DNA of 64,000 bases from Spirochaetia bacterium (GTDB lineage: Bacteria > Spirochaetota > Spirochaetia > SZUA-6 > Bin103), in contig CBDBOV010000001.1 in assembly GCA_965208575.1 (NCBI GenBank), positions 352,001-416,000 on the forward strand. The letters are read 5' to 3'. The position numbers were made by a program, and so were the translations under genes. The notes under the pieces were generated by a model, which was not told the origin of the DNA, did not search any database, and saw only the letters and a list, made by a program, of their open reading frames with translations. Positions 57,171-64,000 of the stretch are shown piece by piece (within the stretch, counting starts at the first letter, position 1; the number at the start of each line of letters is the position of its first letter).

Positions 57171-58445
57171 ATGGGGTTGAAGATGAGTTCAAGGCGAGAG
57201 CTCACCGAGCAGCACGCGCAGCGGTATCGTCGGGCGGGCAAGAAGGAGAAGGGGCGCATACTCGACGAGTTCGTCGAGTCGACCGGGTACCAGCGCAAGT
57301 ACGCGATCCATCTGTTGACCTGGTGGGGACGGACCCGCATGGTGCGAGTCGACGGCACACTGGTGAAGCTGGTGGTCGGGCGTCCGCGGCCTGCCCAGCG
57401 CCGCGTGCGACCGCGGCGCTACGACCAGGAGGTGCTGGTCGCTCTGAAGCTGATCTGGTACGTGTTCGACTGCATGTGCGGCAAGCGCCTGGTGGTCGTG
57501 CTGCGCACCATGCTGCCGACGCTGGAGTCGTTCGGCGAGATCGAGCTGACCGCAGCGGTGCGCGGCAAGCTGCAGACCATCAGCGCCGCGACCATCGACC
57601 GGCTGCTGCAGCAGGAGCGCGCACGGCTGCGCCTGAAGGGTCGCACGCACACCAAGCCGGGCACCCTCCTGAAGGATCAGATCGCGATCCGAACCTTCGC
57701 TGACTGGGACGAGCAGGAGCCGGGCTTCTTCGAGATCGACTTGGTGGGCCATGAAGGCGGCAACGCGTCAGGCGACTTCTGCCACACGCTCACCATCACC
57801 GACGTTGACACCGGCTGGGTCGACCTGTACGGCGTGCAGAACAAGGCGCAGCGCTGGACCCACGAGGCGATCGACGCTGCCCGGCAGAGCCTGCCGATCG
57901 TGATGCGGGGGATCGACACCGACAACGGCAGCGAGTTCATCAATCATCATTTGCTGCGCTATTGCGAAGCGCACGGCATCACGTTCACTCGGGGTCGCCC
58001 GCATCGCAAGAACGACACCTGCTACGTCGAGCAGAAGAATGGCCACGTGGTGCGACGGGCGGTCGGCCACCTGCGTTACGACACCGACCGGGAACTGGCT
58101 GCCCTCAACGCGATATACCGCCCGCTGTGCCTGCTGGTGAACTTCTTCTATCCCTCGGTGAAGCTGGTGAAGAAAACCCGCACCGGCAGCAAGGTGCGCC
58201 GCATCTATGACGACCCGCAGACGCCGTATCACCGCATGCTGGCCTCCGAGTCGGTGAGCGAGAAGGTGAAGAACCGCCTCAAGCAGCAGTACGCGACGTT
58301 GAATCCGGTCGCCCTCAAGCGCGAGCTGACCAGGTTGACCGAGGATCTGCTGCAGCTGAACGTCAGCAAGACCGCCAAGGCCGCACCAAGCACGGTGCAA
58401 ACACCGAGCGAGGAGCGTGGTGGCAGCGGTCGCACGGCAAAATGA
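57171..58445 (+). CDS. DDE (rve-type) transposase
   Basis: RYRRAGKKEKGRILDEF, ISAATIDRLL, FEIDLV (D), IDTDNGSEF (D) and YVEQKN (E); GGAGGAG RBS. Confidence 0.93.
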   Translation: MGLKMSSRRELTEQHAQRYRRAGKKEKGRILDEFVESTGYQRKYAIHLLTWWGRTRMVRVDGTLVKLVVGRPRPAQRRVRPRRYDQEVLVALKLIWYVFDCMCGKRLVVVLRTMLPTLESFGEIELTAAVRGKLQTISAATIDRLLQQERARLRLKGRTHTKPGTLLKDQIAIRTFADWDEQEPGFFEIDLVGHEGGNASGDFCHTLTITDVDTGWVDLYGVQNKAQRWTHEAIDAARQSLPIVMRGIDTDNGSEFINHHLLRYCEAHGITFTRGRPHRKNDTCYVEQKNGHVVRRAVGHLRYDTDRELAALNAIYRPLCLLVNFFYPSVKLVKKTRTGSKVRRIYDDPQTPYHRMLASESVSEKVKNRLKQQYATLNPVALKRELTRLTEDLLQLNVSKTAKAAPSTVQTPSEERGGSGRTAK

Positions 58446-58505
58446 CCCTCTCAGGCGGGTCTGACGGTCGATAATCGGAGAATGGGCGGTCAGCGATGAG
58501 AAAAC

Positions 58506-58569
58506 GTCGCCTCAGCCGCGCTGTAAGGCCCCTCCACGACACGAGGTGGTGTCTGGATACCCCCGTGTC
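58506..58569. repeat. 64-bp palindrome-containing direct repeat, copy 1
   Basis: 60/64 identical to 60478-60541 by manual alignment. Confidence 0.9.
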
Positions 58570-58587
58570 TATGCATAACCATGCAAT

Positions 58588-60140
58588 TCAGTGCAACTTT
58601 ATCCGCGACCGTAAGCCGGGTGGCGGAGTCCCGGTGCCGTCCCTGCAGTGCCTCGGCGAGGCGATTGCGGACCGCTGCCAGCCGGCTGCGTACCCGCCTG
58701 ATGCTCTTTTCCAGGGCCCGGCGCACCGGTTCACGACCCGTGCGTCGGGCTCCGGCGGCGCAAGGTCATGGCTCGGCAGCGCGTCAAGGTTGAACTGCTC
58801 GCGCAGGTACTTGAAGAAGTTCTCCTGCGACCAGCGCGAGAACATGGCGCCGGCGACCTGCGCCAACGGCATCTGCGGGTGCGTGGTGATCACCGCCACC
58901 TGACGACCGTTGGCCAGACGCCGCCGGATCTGGCGCACCACCAGCCCGTTGCGCAGCATGATCGGCTGCTCGGCCAGATCAACCGCAGTCGTGCTGGTGC
59001 CGGCGGGACCATGGATCGGTACCTCGAAGGTGTGGAAGTCTTCCGGCAGCCAGTCCGCGCCGTTGAAGTTCTTGTGCCAGGTGATGCAGGCGATGCCACG
59101 CCGGGCCAGGCGCTTGAACAGGTCCGGGCTCCAGCCCTCGCGGTCGAACACCAGGGTCAGCTGCGGGGTACCGGCCGGTGCTCCGGTCAGGTCGGGGGCC
59201 GCTTCGGTCACCACCCCCAGGTGCTGCAACTGCGGCACCACGTCGTGCTTGATCGCATTCACCGGCTTCGGGTCCAGCGCCTTGTGCAGGCACAGCAGCG
59301 GTGCGCCGCCGAGGGCGTTGATCCAGTAGCTCACCGACGCCGGCAGACACAGCTTCTGGCGTGCGACGAAGTGTTTCGGCAACCGCCCGTTGCGCCCGGT
59401 GTACACCTTCACGTGGCCATCCACGGCCAGCGTCGTCCAGTCGTCGTCGTGCTCGCTGGCCCAGGTACGCGCCAGTACCGATTGCCAATCGCGCACGGTG
59501 TGCTCGGCGCTGGCCAGCAGCCTGATCTTGCGGCGCAGCGTCTTGGTCTCCGGACAGCGGTCGAGGCCGAGGATGGCGCCCCACTCGCCGGGTGCCTGGT
59601 AGCGCAGGCTCTCGGGGTTGCGCACCCGGGCCAGGGTCATGCAGGCGACGAACAGGAGGATGGTGGTCAGGCCGTAGAATCCGGCCGGCAGGCGGAACAG
59701 GCGGTTGGCGGCGGTGAGCAGGCCCTCGCGCAGCAGCATCGCCAGTGCGGCCAGCACGCCGCCGCCAGCGACCGCGTGGGCGGGCTCGACGAACGCTGGT
59801 GTGGCCTCGGTCAGCAGGCCGGCTCTGGCGAGCGTGCGGCGTTCCACGTCGCGCGCCGCGCGGCCCATGGGCGCGTGCTTGTCGCGGGCGTCGCGGCTGG
59901 CGCGCTCAGTGGCGACCGCCGGGTCGCTGACCGCGGCGGCGGTGCTGACCGGGTGATCAGTGGTGGTGGCCGCCGGCGCAACCTCGGCGCTGGCGGCGGG
60001 CTCCCGGGTGGGATCTGTGATGACGCCGGCGCGGCGGTTCTCGTTGAAGGTGCTCACCGGGATGCCGAGTTCGCGAGCGCAGGCTGAGCCGCTCATCCCG
60101 GAAGCGAGCAGCTTGGCTGCCTGGTCCGCCATCTCGGCGT
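58588..60140 (-). pseudogene. Truncated and frameshifted transposase (Transposase_29-like)
   Basis: GGVLAAL, PGEWGAILGLDRCPETKTLRRK, VDGHVKVY, VFDREGWS and MFSRWSQENFFKY; frameshift at about 58728; both ends missing. Confidence 0.82.
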
Positions 60141-60144
60141 CGTC

Positions 60145-60300
60145 CACGGTGGCCTCCACGGCACCGCGCCGGCTGACTCCGGTCGGGCTACGCCCTCCGT
60201 CCGTCAGCGGGGTACAGCATCTCCTCCGCCCCGTTCGATCCCGACGGCTCCGGTGTCGCAACCTCGTCGCCTACCCCGTCCCGGCGGTGGGGAATTGTCA
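60145..60300 (-). mobile_element. Possible IS3-family left-end remnant
   Basis: Minus strand begins TGACAATTCCCCACC at 60300, followed by TDGGRSPTGVS, which resembles some IS3 OrfA N-termini. Confidence 0.3.
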
Positions 60301-60477
60301 TGACCCTGCCCCGGGCAACGCACCTCGGTGCAGTTGTCCGGGGCGCCTCGCTCCGTGCGCTCCGCAGCAACCTGCGCGCCGCTCGCGGCGTGGGCGGCAT
60401 CACCCGGCTCGGCAAATGACTTCTGAGCGTCTCTGACGCCCGTATATCCGTGAGCCAGACGGTCGGCGTCAAGAAAT

Positions 60478-60541
60478 GTCGCCTCAGCCGCGCTGTAAGG
60501 CCTCTCCGCGACACGAGGTGGTGTCTGGACATCCCCGTGTC
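60478..60541. repeat. 64-bp palindrome-containing direct repeat, copy 2
   Basis: Matches copy 1 at 58506-58569. Confidence 0.9.
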
Positions 60542-60710
60542 ACCAGCACCGAAGTCGCCTCCAGACCCGTCCGCCCCCTCTTCGGTCAGCGACACGACAC
60601 GGCACCGACCACCTCCCTGCCGTTGACGCCTCCTCATCCGCGCCGACCAACCAGATACGCCCCCGGTCGCGTTGGTGTGCTTGAATCAACCCGGCCGGTC
60701 GCCCAGCAGC

Positions 60711-60727
60711 CTATCCACTTATCCACA
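60711..60727 (+). promoter_or_regulatory. Tandem DnaA boxes
   Basis: Perfect TTATCCACA (60719-60727) overlapping near-match CTATCCACT (60711-60719). Confidence 0.5.
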
Positions 60728-60775
60728 ATTTATGAGTCTCCCCCCTCGCGCTCCCCCCTCGTTCTCCGCCTCCCT

Positions 60776-60836
60776 TTCGGTTAGATTCTTACGTGAGGCA
60801 CGCTCACCGTAAGGTTAGATTTTTACGTGAGGCAAT
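60776..60836 (-). repeat. Right terminal repeat (two boxes)
   Basis: ttcggttagattcttacgtgaggca, 12-bp spacer, ggttagatttttacgtgaggcaat; the inner box is 22/25 identical to the left inner box. Confidence 0.85.
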
Positions 60837-60923
60837 AGGCAATTCACAACCGGGTCAACCGGGTCAACCGGGCCACCGGGCCAGCCCAGGCATAGCGCAA
60901 TCAGGAAGTGTTCGCGTGGTAAG

Positions 60924-62654
60924 GTGGCGGTGATGGTACGGGGGCGCGCCGGATGGCGAGGCCGGGCAGGGAGGGCGGCACTGGTGTGCCTGGCCATCAC
61001 GGTCGCGGCGGCGGGGGCGGAGGTGCGGCTGGCTACCTGCGACGTGGATGCGCGCCTGTGTCCGGAGGCGACCGGGCTCGTCCACGCGCACGCGCCGGCG
61101 GAGGGCACCCACGACGACTTCTCCGGCGGCGTGTCGGTGGGCGACTTCAACCGCGACGGCTGGCAGGACCTGTTCGTGGTGACCGGCGGCGCAGGGCCCG
61201 ACCGCCTCTACCTGAACCGGGGCGACGGCACCTTCCGGGAGGCCGCGGAGCGGGCGGGCATCGCGACCGTGCACCGCGGTCACGGCTCGGTGGTGGGCGA
61301 CGTCGACGGGGACGGCTGGCTGGACATCTTCGTGACCAGTTTCGGGCCGACCGCCGGCGCGCCTGCGATGGCGGGCCACCACCTGCTGTGGCTCAACCTG
61401 GGCAGCCGGCGCGGCGGGGTGCTGGCCGACGGCACGCCGCTGTTCCGCAACATCGCGCTGCCGGCGCTGGCCGCGACCACCTCTCCCGAGCAGCCCTCCG
61501 GCATGGGGGCGGCGTTCGGCGACTACGACCGCGACGGCGACCTGGACCTGGCGGTCGTTGCCTGGCTGCGCGATGCCTCAGGCAGCGTGCTGCTGAACAA
61601 CCAGGGCATCGACGAGTGGACCGGCCTGCCGCGCTTCCTGAACGCCACGCGGCGGGCACGCCTGTTCGACACCGACATGCACGGCTTCACCCCGCACATC
61701 GTCGACGTCGACGGCGACCGCTGGCCGGAAATCCTGGTGGCGGCCGACTTCGGCACCAGCCGCCTGTACCGCAACAACCGCGACGGTACCTTTACCGACG
61801 TAACGGACCAGGCGCACGTGGGGCTGGACACCAACGGCATGGGCAGCGTGCTCGCCGACGTGGACAACGACGGCCTGCTCGACTGGTACGTCACCTCGAT
61901 CTGGACCACCTCGCCGTTCGAGAACCCGCCCAACAACGGCAACTACCTGTACCGCAACCTGGGCGGGCTCGCCTTCGACCCGGGTCCCGAGACGCCCCGC
62001 CCGCTGGCCCGCGGCGGCTGGGGCTGGGGCACGGCCGCGGCCGACCTGGACCACGACGGCCTGGTGGAGTTGATTGCAACCAACGGCTCCGAGGACCGCA
62101 ACACCGACGAACGCCGGGAATGGCTGGAAGACGCCACCCGCGTGTTCCACAACCGCGGCGCCGACGGCTTCCGGGACGTGGCGCCGGAGGCCGGCCTCGA
62201 CCACCGCGGCCAGGGGCGCGGGCTGGTGCGCTTCGACTACGACAACGACGGCGACCAGGACATCCTGATCGTCAACAGCCGCGGCGTGCCCACCCTGGTC
62301 CGCAACGACGGCGGCACGGCATCCGGCAACTGGCTGTGGGTGGAGCTGCGTCCGGCGCGCGGCCTGCCGGTGCCGCCGGACGGCGTCGGCGCCGTGGTGC
62401 GCGTGCAAGCCGGCGGCGCCACGCAGACCCGCCACATCGAGACCGGCGGCGGCTACCTCGGCTCCTCGGAGCTGAGCGCCCACTTCGGGCTCGGCGGCGC
62501 GACGGAAATCGACGAGGTGCGCGTCGAGTGGTCGGACGGCTGTGATACCTCGCTCTACGGGGTGGCGGTCAACCGCCGACTGCGGCTCGAACGGCCGTTC
62601 GGCTGCATGATGGAAGCCGCGGTCCTGGACGCCGCCGTCCTCCCGGCGCGGTAG
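60924..62654 (+). CDS. CRTAC1-family protein (FG-GAP repeats plus ASPIC/UnbV)
   Basis: Signal peptide, several DxDxDGxxD repeats, and C-terminal GGGYLGSSELSAHFGLG...VRVEWSDG; start uncertain. Confidence 0.92.
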   Translation: MAVMVRGRAGWRGRAGRAALVCLAITVAAAGAEVRLATCDVDARLCPEATGLVHAHAPAEGTHDDFSGGVSVGDFNRDGWQDLFVVTGGAGPDRLYLNRGDGTFREAAERAGIATVHRGHGSVVGDVDGDGWLDIFVTSFGPTAGAPAMAGHHLLWLNLGSRRGGVLADGTPLFRNIALPALAATTSPEQPSGMGAAFGDYDRDGDLDLAVVAWLRDASGSVLLNNQGIDEWTGLPRFLNATRRARLFDTDMHGFTPHIVDVDGDRWPEILVAADFGTSRLYRNNRDGTFTDVTDQAHVGLDTNGMGSVLADVDNDGLLDWYVTSIWTTSPFENPPNNGNYLYRNLGGLAFDPGPETPRPLARGGWGWGTAAADLDHDGLVELIATNGSEDRNTDERREWLEDATRVFHNRGADGFRDVAPEAGLDHRGQGRGLVRFDYDNDGDQDILIVNSRGVPTLVRNDGGTASGNWLWVELRPARGLPVPPDGVGAVVRVQAGGATQTRHIETGGGYLGSSELSAHFGLGGATEIDEVRVEWSDGCDTSLYGVAVNRRLRLERPFGCMMEAAVLDAAVLPAR

Positions 62655-62861
62655 GGCGCTCGCGGGGGAGGCCGCACCCGCGGCCGGTGGCGTAACTTCT
62701 TCCCCATCAAGTGCGGCGCCGCATCCCGGCCGGCTGTGTTGCGCGTCGCTCACCTGCACCCGATGGGCTCGTTTGCCGCGGCTTGCAGCCGGATGCCGCG
62801 GCGCTCTCGGTGCGGCGCCCCACTCCGACACCGGATGTCGTCTCCGAACGGCTCGTTCCGG

Positions 62862-62890
62862 TTGACAGGGCCGCGGCGTTCGGCTATCAA
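62862..62890 (+). promoter_or_regulatory. Sigma70-like promoter
   Basis: TTGACA-17 bp-TATCAA. Confidence 0.45.
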
Positions 62891-62925
62891 TAATCGGCCC
62901 TTCGGAAGGGCCTTCCCGTGACCGT

Positions 62926-63915
62926 ATGCGAGCCTACCTGATCAGACGACTGTTGCTGGTGATTCCGTCGGTGTTCCTCATCAGCGCCATCATCTTCCTG
63001 CTGATGCGCTTGGTGCCGGGCGACATCGTCGACGGGATCATGGCGCGCATGGAGGAGTCGGGCGAGGTGTCCGAGATCGACGAGACCATCCTGTCGCGCC
63101 AGTTCGGCCTCGATGCACCGCTGATCGTGCAGTACGGCCGCTTCCTGGGCGTGGTGAAGCAGAAGGACGGCGTGTTCGCCGGCCTGGCGCAGGGCCACCT
63201 GGGCATTTCCTGGTTCACGCGCGAGCCGGTCACCGAGAGAGTGCTCGCCAAGCTGCCGGTGACCGTCGAGCTGGGCTTCTTCAGCCTGATCATCTCGCAG
63301 CTCATCGCCATACCGATAGGGGTGATCTCGGCGCTGCGCCAGGACACGGCGGCCGACTACCTGGGGCGCAGCTTCGCCATCCTGTTCATCTCGATCCCGA
63401 GCTTCTGGCTGGGCACCGTGGTGATCCTGTTCGCTTCGATCTGGTGGGGCTACCTGCCGCCGATCCGGTGGACTTCCTTTGCCGACGACCCGATCAAGAA
63501 CCTGGGCAACATCATGGTCCCGGCGGTGATCAATGGGCTGCTGATGGCGGGCGGCACCATGCGCATGATGCGCACCATGATGCTGGAGGTGCTGCGCCAG
63601 GACTACGTGCGCACGGCGTGGTCGAAGGGCCTCCGCGAGCGGATCGTGGTGTACCGCCACGCCCTGCGGAACGCCCTGATTCCGGTGGTCACCATGGTCG
63701 GGCTGCAGATACCGATCCTGATCGGCGGCACGGTGATCATCGAGCAACTGTTCACCCTGCCGGGCATGGGGCAGATGATCATCGACGCGCTGCGGCAGCG
63801 CGACTACCCGACGGTCAACGGCGTCATGGTGATTACCTCGTTCACCATCGTCGTGGTCAACCTGCTGGTCGACATCACCTACGGGATCATCGATCCGAAG
63901 GTCAAGTACACGTAG
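62926..63915 (+). CDS. ABC permease DppB-like
   Basis: YLIRRLL, LVPGD, QDYVRTAWSKGL, RDYPTV and IDPKVKY. Confidence 0.94.
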   Translation: MRAYLIRRLLLVIPSVFLISAIIFLLMRLVPGDIVDGIMARMEESGEVSEIDETILSRQFGLDAPLIVQYGRFLGVVKQKDGVFAGLAQGHLGISWFTREPVTERVLAKLPVTVELGFFSLIISQLIAIPIGVISALRQDTAADYLGRSFAILFISIPSFWLGTVVILFASIWWGYLPPIRWTSFADDPIKNLGNIMVPAVINGLLMAGGTMRMMRTMMLEVLRQDYVRTAWSKGLRERIVVYRHALRNALIPVVTMVGLQIPILIGGTVIIEQLFTLPGMGQMIIDALRQRDYPTVNGVMVITSFTIVVVNLLVDITYGIIDPKVKYT

Positions 63916-63917
63916 CC

Positions 63918-64000
63918 ATGGCAGACCGCGGCATCGCCGGCGCAGATGCGCCCACCCAGACGAAGCAGCCTTCGAAGTTCGCCACGTTCTTCAAGCGGCT
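63918..64000 (+). CDS. Probable DppC-like permease (3' partial)
   Basis: ATG 2 nt after the dppB-like stop and open to the window end; call rests on synteny only. Confidence 0.55.
   Translation, partial: MADRGIAGADAPTQTKQPSKFATFFKR

Larger units (their letters stand above)
57034..60848 (+). mobile_element. Composite ISNCY-like (possibly ISLbi1-group) element with nested debris
   Basis: Bipartite inverted ends at 57048-57107 and 60776-60836; flanks gccgg and accgg; DDE transposase inside. The subgroup label is from memory and exact ends are uncertain. Confidence 0.7.

Noticed and set aside
62655-62860. REP/MITE-like element before the last ABC operon
   Set aside because: It has only short palindromes (ccgcggc...gccgcgg) and no second copy in the window.

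Overview
GC-rich bacterial DNA with about 55 genes or gene remnants. By eye I found no rRNA, tRNA, CRISPR array or reverse transcriptase. The gene content suggests a heterotrophic, probably host-associated organism such as a marine-sponge Spirochaetota symbiont, but this is inference only. That content includes five PhyH-type 2OG-Fe(II) dioxygenases, two sulfatases, four SDRs, several ABC importers, HEAT, pentapeptide and FG-GAP/CRTAC1 proteins, many toxin-antitoxin (TA) modules and IS debris. Housekeeping-type genes are proS, amt, tam, a ybaK-like gene and yjbQ. Main highlights: (1) a lower-GC, translationally coupled three-gene operon at 17155-19678 (ABC-type ATPase, PIN nuclease, ATP-dependent RNA ligase), the best candidate for an undescribed cut-and-repair defence or stress system; (2) a D-apiose-like branched-sugar transketolase pathway divergent from a nucleoside hydrolase and SDR (35.9-47.3 kb); (3) a composite ISNCY-like element (57034-60848) with bipartite terminal repeats, nested transposase debris, a duplicated conserved 64-bp palindromic element and DnaA boxes; (4) an HNH protein with internal tandem repeats whose 5' end is replaced by a PLD-nuclease fragment, followed by a promoter-led structured non-coding segment; (5) several TA loci with an intact antitoxin and a broken or missing toxin. 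All calls come from manual motif reading, with no database searches.
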